From positions 18,352,001-18,416,000 of the forward strand of contig NC_092674.1 of the NCBI RefSeq assembly GCF_964355755.1: a DNA stretch of 64,000 nucleotides, written 5' to 3'. A program made the position numbers and the translations under genes. The notes under the pieces are model-generated. The model did not search any database, was not told the origin of the DNA, and saw only the letters and a program-made list of their open reading frames with translations. How positions within the stretch are numbered: the stretch's first letter is position 1; each line of letters opens with the position of its first letter. Positions 1-13,700 of the stretch are shown piece by piece. The stretch comes from Antedon mediterranea (lineage: Eukaryota; Animalia; Echinodermata).

Positions 1-99
1 CTTGATACAATTTGTTTTTGTTATTTTAATAATTTGTGAAAGTACTTTTATCAGAGTGCGCTTTTATATACTTGCCCATGCAAAGTATATAACCCACAT

Positions 100-139
100 A
101 AGGCAGAAAAAACCGTGCGGAGCAAGGGTTACTGCTAGT
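100..139 (+). mobile_element. Possible Helitron-like 3' end
   Basis: ccgtgcggagcaaggg (imperfect hairpin) followed by ttactg-CTAG-T, resembling the hairpin + CTAG terminus of rolling-circle elements; 5' end not seen. Confidence 0.35.
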
Positions 140-1120
140 TTAAGATATTAGTCACAAGGATGCTTAGTTCACATGCTGAGTCTCTTGTCAACCTATTAGG
201 CATATTATCAGGGCCTGGTGACTTGTTTATTTTAACATTTCTTAATTGCTTGTACATTTCCCATTATTATACATTAGGAGTCTTTTTGGCAGGTAAGTAC
301 GTGGGTAGTTACATCAATACTGGTCTGCTTTGAGAAGTCACGGCGAAATAGTACAAATATACTTATTCTAGGATAATCATCATGTGAGATATTATCAATA
401 CTAATAAAAGGTGGGGCTTTAGTTTTGTTTGCCAGCATTTGAACACCTTGGTGCCATTTACAAGGGTCAGTAGCTTTCAAGTTCAATAAACGTTCATTAT
501 AGATGTTTCTTCTGCCTTTCTGGATCACTTTCTGTACCATACAGTATTTCTATAGAATTTCCATTCCAGCAATTTACCATGGTTGAAGAAATTGCGTTGC
601 CGTTTCAAAATGAGATCCTTAGCTTGATGTGAAATCCATAGTTAAGGAACCAGAAAAAAAGTGTTCACATCGGAGGTCAATGTTAAATAGAAAGATTGCG
701 TTTTCTGCTCAGTAGTACCAGCGTTAATAATCTCATTCCAATCATGGGTAGTTATCCAGCAGCCAAATCCTTCAATACTGTGTGATGTCATTGGTCTTGT
801 TATACGCTTTTCGATTTTGTTGCTATTCGTTTTTGTAAGCGCAGACACCAGGACACAGTTATGGTCGCTAGCACCTATAGGCGAGATAATGTGGGGGTTG
901 CGAATATCTAGTATTGCATCCCCTCGCGTTGGTTCTTTCACAATTTGCTTTAAGTTATGGGCACGTCGACATATTGGGGCTAGAAGCCAGTGTCTGGGTG
1001 TCTCAGGTTATTAATAGACTTTGTAATGTGTTCCAACAGCAACTGTTTATCAGGAGAATTTGGTGGGATGTATACTCCATAAATTATATAGATGATACAG
1101 TTCTAGGAAGAAAAACCTGT
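140..1120 (-). mobile_element. Degenerate non-LTR retrotransposon (CR1/L2-group LINE) fragment: endonuclease C-terminus, linker and start of RT
   Basis: ORF 642..941(-) has PTRGDAILD and SDHNCVL (AP-endonuclease motifs). ORF 274..540(-) is linker-like. The minus strand near 190-225 reads KSPGPDNMPNRL (LINE K(S/A)PGPD motif). Broken by stops and frameshifts. Confidence 0.75.
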
Positions 1121-1726
1121 GGCGAACCTAGTGCCGGCAGGCAAGGCCTGGCTGGTAAATGTTGCGTGTTCGATGGCGGCAGTAGTTTGTTAGGCTTAGC
1201 GAACTAATGGTCAATTTTCAATTTATAACCACATTATGTGGTATTTGTTTCACAGAATACATCACATTAATTATACTAAAACAGCGACAGACGTCCACAA
1301 AACCAACAAAATGCCAATCACAAACAGGAATTTCAGAGACAAAAATTGCAGGTACATATAAGAATGGTGACAGCTAAAAAGCACCCTCTACGTTGAGTTG
1401 TTGTTTTCCTTCTTGTTTGTGAACCCCACTACGAAAAAAATCCCCCTTCACCCCATAAAACATCATTTGGAATGAACGAATAAACGCTTTGAAAGTATGA
1501 TGTCTCAATTTCAACAATATCCAACAATGTATTATCAAATATACTGTATAAATTTCCAGGAAACTAATTACAGTTTTTTTTGGATCACTAGGTAATCATT
1601 GTATCCAGTACTAGTTCTCATCTGAAATCTGCAATGCTTGAAAGAACACAGAATCTCAACACATCCAGATATTCATCTAGTTCTTATCTAAAATCTCAAT
1701 TTTCAACTAGTTATTTACGGAACAGG

Positions 1727-4700
1727 ATGGCTGCAACTGTTGTGTCACCCTCTATGGAGCAGTCAAGTATGACTACCTCACCTGAACAGTTAGACAAAAA
1801 TGTACCAGTAAACACTGTATCAGCAAGCTCTAAGCCCCTCACAAGTAATACTACTACTTTTACAGTTTTGTTTTTTAATTTCTTTAAATTTCATTTCTTT
1901 GGCTTAGTTTTCTAGTCAAATCATAAACAATATTATACTGTGATGTGTTGTACAGTGTTCATTCAAAATCCATATTGGGAAAAATCTTTCCATATTTTTC
2001 AAATTAAAATTCATTTTTTTATTTTTACATTACATTGTAACTAGATTTAATTCGTCTATGACAGGATAGGATATACATGATACCATGCATATAACCTGAT
2101 TGATGATGATAATGCATAATTCACCTTGCTTTTTTAGCAAATTCTGCTTCATCTGCCTTATTCAAATGGCCAAAAGTACATGGTAAAGCTAAAGGAGTAA
2201 GTCAGTCATTATTACCTGCTACACTTCAGAGTAAATTACTACCTGGTCAAAAACCAACAACAACGACCAAGCAGGACGCGGGTAAGTAAACATTTCTACC
2301 TAACATAGTTTTTTCCTTCTAGTCTACTAAATTGTTTTATTTTGTTGTTTTCACAGTCAGAGCTAAGATCATTAACCATATTAAATCATTTTAAGTCACC
2401 AAATGTTTGCCCACATTTTCTAGGTATAAAGGAAATAACAAAGTCTATAGGATTGGGTAAAGTTGACACTAAAGCTATAAATCTTGGCTCCAGTTCTACA
2501 TCTGTTGTCATGGTAACATGTTTTCCGTCAACGGTCATGTCATCAAAACCAGTAACAGCAATGTGTGGTAAGTATTACAATTACCAGAATTCCAAAAAAT
2601 CTGTGCCACCCTGCCTGTGAGCTAGTGTGGTGAGTAACAATAATATAAATTACAAATTATTCCAAACAGCAAAAACACATCCAAACGTGTTTAATATTGC
2701 TATATGCCGAAACACATTTGAGAAAGACCATTTGGAAGCTGATTGTTTTGAGGCTGTTTATTTATAATTGACTTCCCACTTTGTATGCCTGACTGATCGC
2801 CACATATCAAAATACAAAGCTTTTTGTTCACATAATCCGGGGATTCCCCACCACATGGCGTTGTGTCACGCATCGAGTGCGAAACACAAGTGCTCCACAC
2901 ATTACATCTTTGAGAGGCTCGAGTGGGAGTTTCATAAACAATTTAAAAACGACCTATACTGAAGTGCACATGGAATTTGATTTCACGATTGGAAAACACC
3001 CTCCTATGTCCACATGATCGCGATTCGAGTGAAATAAATTGAATACATTTCAAAAAGTGGCGATCGCATTATTTAAAAAATATACAAAGCCGCATCTTTT
3101 CCCGTAATCTGCAGGATTCCCCACAAAATGTTGTTGGTGACGCATCAAACGGCTGATTCTGATGTCGAACGTAAAAACCATGTGCTCCACACAGTACAGT
3201 ACATCTTTGGACAGCTTGAGTGGGAGTTGAGCGTTATTTATTTTGTAAACAACATTGTGAAAACGGCCAATACTGAAACACACATGAAAATTGATTTTGC
3301 GATTTGAATAAAATAAATTTAATTAATTTCAAACAATGACAATTGATTTCATTTATTTAAAAATGGATATCAAAATACAAAGCATTTTGTTCATGTAATC
3401 AGGTGATTCCCCACCACATGATGTTGATACATCTCTAGGAAGCTCGAGTGGGAGTAAAATAAATTTCAACCAGTGACGTCAATTAAAAATTAATATCAAA
3501 ATACAAAGCTTTTTGTTCATGTAACCCAAAATTTCTATTATATTCTACGTTTTATAAATTAGTAATATTAATTACTGATTCGTTCCCACGCATAACCCTT
3601 CGTAGCCTACACATGAGGCATTGTTTTTCGATCGAAAGCCTACGAAGTACTGTGTTTTGATCGCGATCTCGCGCGCTTCCTCGAAAGGTATTGTTTTTTA
3701 AAAATTCTTTGAGTTTGAATTATACCCTACAGTTACGCCCGAGTAGGCCTGCCTAACTACAGGCTAAGGCCCAGAGCCTATAGCGTTTGGTAATAAAAAT
3801 GCTTCGTTTCCATTTCGTGGTATGGTTTCTCTAGAAAACTTGAATTAAATCAATATAGTCCGGTGGCAGGAGCGGGGAATCACCACCCGAAAGGGGACAA
3901 ATCGATCAGGATAGGAAGCGTTTTCGAGATATAAGGCGTCAAAGTTCAAAATTGACCAATTACAACAATGTATTATGTATTATAACACATTTATTGAAAC
4001 ACAATTTGGTCTTTTATTAAATTTTTATGATTATAGGTGTCTATTCAATCACCTTATGAAAAAAAATCCTTTGTGATTAAGGGTCAAATGTCAATATTGA
4101 CAAAACCAAATAAAAACTAATATTTAATAAAAATTTGTTTTCTCATCCTTTTAATCAATCATACGCAAAGTAAAAGAGCGAATACATCATTTCATCAGTT
4201 GACATAAGGTCAAAGGTCAACATTTCAATATGCATATTAGTTACCAAATAAATGCAAAGTTGTCCAAACTATGATATTGATGGTTTTACATGTAATCAAA
4301 TTATTTGATTAGTAAAGTTTTGTTATTTCATAATAATTATAATCAATATAATTATAATACTGTAATTATTCAAATCAGACATAAAATGTTACCCTGACCT
4401 TGAATAATATAAACGGTTAAAGCACAACTAGTAAGTAAAACTTTTCCAAATTCATTTTGCAAAGATGGTCAGAATTATAAAAAATGCTTGAAATTTGGGT
4501 TGGTGTTTTTTTTTGTGGGAAAATTTTTTTTTCCGGTATTCAGAAAGAAAACAATTGTTTTGTAAAACGTTGTTATTCAATTTATTTTTACATATTATTG
4601 AGAGTTGTACAGTTGTGGCTATTTCCCTTTGTTCACCGATGGTTCAAATAATTTACATGTCCGAAGTTGCGCCTGTGTGACAGGTATTAAAACCTGTAGT

Positions 4701-7700
4701 CTGTTTTTACTTGCGTTACCTTCAACATAATTGGCAATGTAAAATACTATTAAAATCCAGGACTGTAGCTTACAGTAATGTAAAAAAAATATCAAGTTTT
4801 AGAAATCATATAAATTACAACAGTTTGATTATAATATTTAACAGGTTCTACTGGACAGGTATTGATAAGTTCTGTTGGTGGAGCTAGAATAGTTACAACT
4901 TCACCACAGTTTTCTAAATCTGCAAGCCAACTTAGCAACTTTATAACAGTTACTCCAAAATCAAACACTCATGTTGGAAGCTCAAAATCTTCATCAGGTG
5001 AGAATACTGTAGTTTGTTTTTATTTGATGATGATTTGACAATTATACAAAACAATACAAATTTTAAGTTAATATATTATGATAAATAGATATGATTTCAT
5101 ATTTTGCCTACCTGATGTCATGACGTCAACCAGTCAAAGTTAAAAAGTAGTATTTACATCTGTTTCGTCATAGTTTCACGTTCAAGTGAGAGCGTATTTA
5201 ATTTAATATGGTCTTTTCTACCAAAGTTGTTATCTTCATGTTTCATTTTGATGATAGACACAATTCAACACTATAAACATATTTACTATACTTCAGGTCA
5301 TCAGTGACAATCTTTCCAATGACATGAGCAAATCAAAACAAAGCATGGTTCAGGCCATTTTGAGTGTTTCAACATTTTTCATTTTGTTCGCGCCACTTGC
5401 ACATTTTGTCGCAGCATTAATGCAAAAAGTCATTTTTTCACTTAAAAGTCAAAATGTGAAATACGACACACGTGCACGTCAAGCTATAAAAATCGTACGC
5501 TTGTTTATAGGCAATTTAATGCAAATTTGTGTAGAAACATGCCAATTTTGAATCTCTTCAGAATAAAAGGTGACCCCCAACAATGTGTTGTAGATATGAG
5601 TTCATGTACAATTGTGCCATACAATATGTTGTGACATATGGCTACCTGAATTTTTAAAATAGGATTTTTTTCTTTTTCGTTCAACACTATCACATTCAAC
5701 AGAACGCATTTGCTTATCTGTGCATTAGGTCATATATGTTTTCGAGATTTTTCTAAAACAGAGACACTAAAAAAAAAAAAATCAATATTACCTTATTTTA
5801 TAGGTATTAATACTATTATAGTAAAAGATCAATATTTTGGTACATACGGCATTTCATACATATAGTACTTATATATTACTAATACCTATTTTTTTGACAA
5901 AAATGGTAATGCTGACTGACATAAAAAAGACAAATTAACAACAGACTGAGGAAAGTCTATTATAAAACTGTGAAATTAGGTGAAAACAACATTTTGAGAA
6001 AATGGCACTTTTGTATTTCATTTCCTTTGTTTTTGTGTGTAAAATAAAATGTTTATCTCATAATTACTATAATATGAAACATCAGTTCAAAAATGTTTTG
6101 GATAGATATGTTGATTTTCCGTTCGTGAATAAAAAAAAAATCCTATAGTTTGACCTTGTTTGACCTTTTGACCACATAAACTGACCTTAAAACCCAAAAC
6201 TGAAGATGGCATCCACCCCTATTGTTTTTGTCACCCCACAAAGGATACATTCAACATGGTTGCCTGCTATTAAAAAATGCCCCCAAACTTTTTATAGAGG
6301 ACTTTTGTGTATTTGGCCTCTCTACTTTAGGTAAAAAGGAAAGTCGCGAAATAGTTGGGCTTTACAGTAACCTCCTTCACAATAAATGTTCCATAATAGT
6401 AATCGCCTCACTGCTGCACATAACTCTGTTCATTTGAATGAATGCAGTGTAATTATTTCTTTAGGTTAAGAAAATGTTTAATGAAAAAGGGGTTTTCCCA
6501 TATTCAATTTATAACCTTTACTTATTTTATTTGTAATTAGTAATGATTACCAAATCCTACTCATCAACTACATCCAGTATCACCAAGCCTAATGTGATAG
6601 TGGTACAAAAAGGACAGCCATCCAAAGGTCTTCATCGAACAATCCCTGTTACCAGTAATGTTCAATTTCTTGTAAGTTTGTCAATAAGTAAATATGATTT
6701 TTAAAGCCATAACATTTGTACAGATATAATGTAAAGTTTTCATTTGATTTTGTAGGGTTCAGATGGAAGCTTATCGTCAATCACCAGACCTCGGATATCC
6801 ATGGTATCTAGCTCATCTGTGACTGCACCAAATATCATCACTTCATCAATTCGTTTTCCTTCACCACAGTACTCAAAAGGTTCTAGTCAGGTGATTCATA
6901 AAGGCAGTATGCTTGAGTTGATGGGAGCATTGAAAGGAAACAAAGATTCTAAAATTAAAACACAGGTATTTTTATGTAGATATTTTTTTCATGTTTTATA
7001 ATGTTTAACTATAGTCTTAAGATTATGATTTAATTGACTTTCCTTTTTTTCCTGTACTAGAGTAGATTGTATTAACTTCAACCATACATCTGATGCCTGA
7101 ACTTAATTTTATGAAATATATGGTTTTGTTTATATTTCAATAATATATTTCAATTTCTTTTTAAAGGTGATAATCAAACCTAGTATAACATTTCAAGATG
7201 GGAAAGAATTTCTTACCACACAAGATAGAATATTACCAAGTGATGTAGAAAGACTTTTAACAGTAAGGAGAACTACTGCTGTATCACCAAGTAAACTAAC
7301 AAACAAGTATACAGAAGCAGATAATAATGATAATGGTAAATTGTTTTTATCAATATGTTTTTAAAAACTTTATGATAAAGTTTACCGACTGACCACCCGA
7401 CCAACCAACGGACCGACATACTGAGCTGTAGAGTCGTGTCGCACGCGACTAAAAATACTTGATATGAAATATGAATGTTACTTTAGTATATAATAATAAA
7501 TATTTAATGGTCACAAATTTAGAGTTTGTGTGGCAACGGTCTATGTCTTTGTAGCGTTTTCTCTGCCTTCCCTTTGAACGCTTTCCATTACATAGCTCTG
7601 CAAACATAATCTGCTTTTGGTAGTCTATCATTTTCCATACGCATAACAAAGGAACAACAGAAGCTTATTTTTTATGATGGTGGCTTTGATATTGGTGCAT

Positions 7701-10700
7701 TCACATTCTTCAAGTGTGCTGTTGTCCATTTTATATTTAGGATTCTTCGGAGACATCTCTGGTGGTAATTTTCAAGAATTTTGAGATGCCGACTGTAAGT
7801 ACCCAGGTTCCGGAGCCATAGAGTAGAGTTGTTTTAGACGTCCGAAATCTGCATTCTGTCATTTCTGTATTTCATCATCTATGTCTGCTTTAGATGAGAG
7901 GCAGCTACCATGGTATGTGAAACGTTATTCAAGGTCTGTCCATCAACTATGATGCGGGCATAATAATGTTGGTGTTCATCCAGATCCAATCCAGGCTTCA
8001 GTTGATACACGATCTCCGTTTTTTTGGTCTTGAGCTTCAGTCCAAATGCAGAGTATGCATAATTGAAAGCATTCATTTAATTGTCAGCTGTGGTCTTCTT
8101 CAGTTTGCCTGACTATTATATTGCAGATCTTTTACTGTTTAGGTGGTTATCTCCGTATTGGCCATCAATTGGCCTAAGTTGAAGCATTGTCCATCAATTC
8201 AATAGAGATCTATTCCAAGTGGTAGCCTCTAGTTAACAAGATGGAGTACTGCTGATAAAAATATTGAGAAGAGTCTTGGAGCAATAACACATCCTTGTTT
8301 AACTCCTGTTTTAATTTAAAAGCTTTGGGTGGTTCATCATCTACTAAGATTGAAGCTGTCATATCATGGAGGAATCTGATAATTTTGATGAACTTTTCTG
8401 GACATCCGATTCGTGATAGGACCTTCCACAGTGTCTGACTATCTATGATATGGTCTATGTACCTGGGATGATGTTGCTCTGCACTTTTCTTGAATTTGGC
8501 GAGTAGCGAAAATTATGAACACTGTTTCTCTATCTGGTCTGAATCCACATTGTGATATCGTAACAATGATGGGAGAGTCTCCTTCTCCCAGACAAGCTTG
8601 AAGAAGTTTCTCGGATAACTCACGACCTGCTGACTTGTAGATTTCAACTGGAATACCATCTGATCCTGTTAGTTTGATTAGTTCAGAGAAATGTTCTTTG
8701 CAGTGTTTCCTAATCTGGTCCTTGCCTTGCGATCCTTCCCCAATATTGGAACTCCATGAGTGGTTGGGCCATATACGTTTTAGTGGCGCCATAGAATTCT
8801 CTGCTGTTATTTCTATCGGCAAGTCGTTGCAGCTCTTCTGATTTTTTTTTTTTTGCAGCCACCCCTGATTAGTTCTCTGACTTTGCGTAGGACTTTGGAT
8901 CTCAAGGAATGATATTTGGTGTTCTTATTAAGATAGATAAAGATAACATCACATTGCCAAGCAGAGAAGGTGGCACGTTTCTCATTTATAAGTTTATGTC
9001 TTTTAAAGGTGTAATAACATTTCAGCGGAAAATTTTTGAGGAACTTGCTATGAAGAAATGAGATGGTACAGAACAAAGTCAGTTGTTTACGTGAAAAAAT
9101 TGTTGAACGCTGTTTACATGAAATCTTGAATATATCTATAACTTTGGTTATATATGTCAGATTTTAATGACCCTTTATTTTAAAGCTAAAGATATGAATA
9201 TGATAATGATATAATATCATTTAAAACATTTTCGACCAAGATATTGGGTTTTCCATACTGTGCCTCAACTGTTTGGACAGAATAATAAACAGAGACAGTT
9301 ATTTTGTTTTAACAGTTTAATGGTTTGTCTTTTTGTTTGCCATTTTTAACAAATATATATGAGCATAATAATACTTTATAGGAAATCTTCATTTATATTA
9401 ATATTTTGATTTTTTAGATTCTTCTGTTCAACTACAAACAGCTGACTTAGTGTCTGGAAACCAGCCAAACACAGAGTGTATTGAGTATGATACTTCAACA
9501 ACAGTTGACCGATCGGCATCTTCTGCTATCAAAGCTTTGCTGGAGTTTCGTGCAAAACCAGTAAAACCATGTATGGTTAATTATTTTTCAGTTTTCAAAT
9601 TACAGTAAATTATAATTACACTATAAATCATTTTTAGTTTGGTAAAGGGAAAATAATAAAATATTTACAAACACTAGAGCAAACAACTGATTATAATTGA
9701 ATGTTATACTTAATATTTGTTTACAGTAGCTGATGATGCTTCTCGAAATCAACATACCATTGACCTCAGCAAGATGGCTAAGATTGCTATAGATACAAAA
9801 GTGGCATCTACTAATGATTTAGATCCAGCTCATTTAAAATTACAGTTTGTTTCACAAGGTAATGTTAATGTGTACCATACCATATATATACTTTTACATA
9901 CGTTAAAATGTCATCAATATGAATCTTCACTACAAGTACATAAAGCCTGTTTTCCAGTCAATGTTGAGTTGAAATCGTTAAAATCTGCAATTGTTGAAGT
10001 TGAACTGAGTTCAATTTCAACGCTACGATAGTTAAAAATTATTTACAAATTACGTCATCATAGTTTGTGAAAAAATAAGTATGTGCTGACAATTCTTGAA
10101 TTTTTACCACAAATCATTTTTCACTTTTTAAACATTTTTTTAAGGTCTGAAATAACAATAAAATTTAATGTTTTTCTTTAGTGTAAGCCTGGATTAGGAA
10201 CTTTTTCAATTTTCACACTGCCTTGGTTTTGCAACACATCGTGTCCGTCCGTCTCATTTTTTTAACATATTATACTTATTTTACTGTCCTTTTGCCTCCC
10301 AGTATTCTTGTAAGTACATCCTTATCAAATCATCTGCATTTATCTTTTTCTTCTCAGTGCAATCAATGATCTTTTGTATTGCTAAAATTATGTTTCTGTG
10401 TCTGCCAAATGAACTTTGTTTACAAATAGGAAAGTTTTACTCAATAATTGGCATGCCAAATTGTAAATGTAATGCAGATATTATGAATTATAGGCAACAA
10501 TTTAAGCAGGTTGCTGAACAGGCCATGTTACTTGAAAGCACTGTGGTAGCTATATTGGACTAGCATGTTTAATCTTATTAATCTTAGCAGGTAGTATTCT
10601 TATTCTAGTTCATTTTTTTAATTCTGTAATATTGTTATATACTTTATAACTGATTTATGTTATTATTTAACAGAAAGATAGTGTCCGTCCACTATTGATC

Positions 10701-13700
10701 CTTGATATTTTTTAATATTTTTTTTTAAAGGTAAATCAACAAAAACAATTGCAATCACTCCTCAGCAGTTTTCAAACATTGAATCAAAACAAGCATCATC
10801 TATTATTAAAGACATTGACTTGACTGAGATGAATAGTGAAACCGCTCAGAAACAGCAATCACATGTTGTCACCCATCAACAAATACAGGTTACACCTACG
10901 CAAATGTCGTTTGTTGATCAATTTGAAGAGTTCTTGGAAAAAGAGGGTCTTTCAGGAATTGTTGATGATACACTCCAGGACACGGTCTCTAGTGGGAAAG
11001 ATCTTCTACAGACAGCTGCAGAACTAATTTTACTTAAAGAAGACCTTTTACCAGACAAAAATGATTCAGAAACACAGTCAACTTCAAAAAAATTGGAATC
11101 AACTGTGTCTGTTACAATGACTGAGGAAGAATTTGACCCATATAAATTTGATAGTAGAGAGGACTCGCCAGTAGACACATATATTGGCAAGATATCGAGC
11201 AAAGCGCATGTTCTTAAACCGGTATGTTGTGAACATTATTTGATAGTTAGTATAATGTAATTTTGTTTATAAAATAAATATAGTATAAAAATAATTTTAC
11301 ATACTTTTTTTTGAAAGACTCAAGCAACTCCTGTCATGGTTGAAACAAGTGGTATAGATCTTAGTCACATGCAGATGAAGGATTTTGCCAGTCAACGTCT
11401 GGAGGAGAGCTTAGACCAAGATGATATTATGACAGACAGCACTATTTCAGCAACAGGGCAAAGTCAGGAAGAGGGTATTACTAAATAGAACTTTTATTAA
11501 TTATATATAATTATACTTGTTCAAATTATTTCCTTTCAACTATAATAAGTAATAGATTAATTCTTCGAAGAGGCTACGTCTACGCCTAGTTGTAGATGCA
11601 ATCTCCTGTGCTATATCTACGCCTACTTACTCGATTGGGCTTCCGGCCCTTATTCTCGGGCCTCCGGCCCTGGTAAACCTGAAAAACATCCCTCTAGGAA
11701 AATGGTGAAGAAAAGATGATGGTCAACAAAGAAGATGGTGAGTAAAAAAACAAATGAGTTTCGAACCCTTCTTATTTAAACAATGCGACCTAGAAGGTAA
11801 GACGTACAGAGTTCCGCCACAAATATTTTATACTTTGTCAACACCAATTACGCCTGGTTCTTAGTCTTTTGGATTTCATAAAGTAGTAAGTTTCTTACCT
11901 TTAATCACACCATTAACAGTATTTAATCATTAAAATGAGTACTAGAACGCTTACAACTGACTCAATTGAAATTGCTGCTACTACTAGTGACACGTCTAAG
12001 AAGTACTGTTCATAAGTTTCAGTTAACTATTCCTTTTGTAAGAATTACTAGTTCTTTATTTATGTTTCTAACCCTTTAATTTGGAATCAATTGGATACTA
12101 GTAACTCTTTCTCTCTCAACTTTTCTTAAAAAACTTAAATAATCATTTATTATCATTGTATTCAAACTAGACCTTCAAACTGTTTTATATATATAATTAT
12201 ATACAAATGTATTTTTTTCTTTTCGTTTATGGGTGACAAGAAATCTCTTCTTGCAAGATCTTCTATTGATGGTATTTTTGTATTGTCTCATAAATTGCCA
12301 CTCTTTTTATTGTATTGTTAATTACCATTGATAGTAAATCACAAACCCTAGCCAGGGCTACAGCAGGACGTTGCTAGACCCAGGCACTACCCCTGCAGCC
12401 ATACAACTGGCTTACACATTGATATCATAACACATTAGTCTTTTATCAAAAGCCATAGGGGGTTGGGGGCGCTATATAGGCGTAGATATAGTCTGGAGAT
12501 TGTATCTACGACTAGGCGTAGATGCAGCCAGTATGTTAATTCTTTCCTTTTGGTGAAGGAAAAATTAACTGTTGACATTTTTTTTTTTCTTACAGAATTC
12601 AGCTTTCATAGTAGCAGTTCAGATGTAAGTGGTGTTGCTGACAGTCCTGGAAATGTTCGTTCTAGTAAACGCAAACGTAAGGCACCAACTCCAATTGATG
12701 AAGAAGCATCGGCATCACATCTTCCTTGTTGGACGAGGGCAGCACTCAAGTGAGTTAATATATTATTATGTATCTCCAACTCTTGTCAACATAACATCGT
12801 ATAACTTTGTCAAAAGGTTGACCTTAAACTGTAGATGTGCAGGAACTTCGTTATATGACGTTAGAGTCACGCAGTGTAAGTAACGCGTGATTTTATAAAT
12901 TTTGCGTATTTAACATCAAAAACCATATAACAATTTACATTGAAACTTAGCAAAAGTGTTATGTACATCATGCACTAACACTCTGTGGAAAAAAAAATAG
13001 CACGTTTCACAGAAAGTTACACGCGCACGCACGTTTAAAATTTTATAATGCAAAAAATGAATTTCTAATCAACTTTCTACGCGTTTCAATTATGTAAAAA
13101 TGTCCATGCGCATGCACATTTTTACACGTGCGTTGCGCACGTAGCATTTAACACATTTTTTTTGCATGAATTATGTTTTTCCAGCCTTTTCTAGTAATTT
13201 TACCAACTTTTAAACAATTTCAACTTAAAATCATGTCATAAGAGAACTTTGAATGGGACAATTCGCATGCGTTTTTTATAAAAAAGTTCAAAAATTCGTC
13301 AAAATTATGAATTTTTTTAAACAGTCATAGTTTCTAAACTAAATGGTGAATTTTATTTTTATTACATATTCTGGAAGTTGATGAGTTGTAGATATCGGAT
13401 CATGCATCAATATGGCTAACCGGACATTATGACGTCATCATATGGCCACTCGAATATAAAATATAGGATTTTTGTCTCTTTCGTCATTTAATAGACCGCA
13501 TCTCCACTTATCCGTATTCCATTTTCCCCCATATTTTGATATTGTCTAGGTCAATCAATATCTTTCGCATGATTTACCATTTTTAAAATGTTTATGACGT
13601 CATCATGTGCAAAAGCATGAATAACTTCAAGGGTCACTTATTTTCATCATTCCAATAAATTTCAATATGTTATATAGCTCCTCAGAATAAAAAGAAATAC

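Noticed and set aside
3590-4690. Complete TIR transposon in an intron
   Set aside because: One end-like sequence (..gcctgtgtgacaggta|ttaa) is visible but I found no matching partner or TSD
10836-11202. Alternative-frame and antisense ORFs in the large exon
   Set aside because: Shadows of the real coding exon 10731-11221
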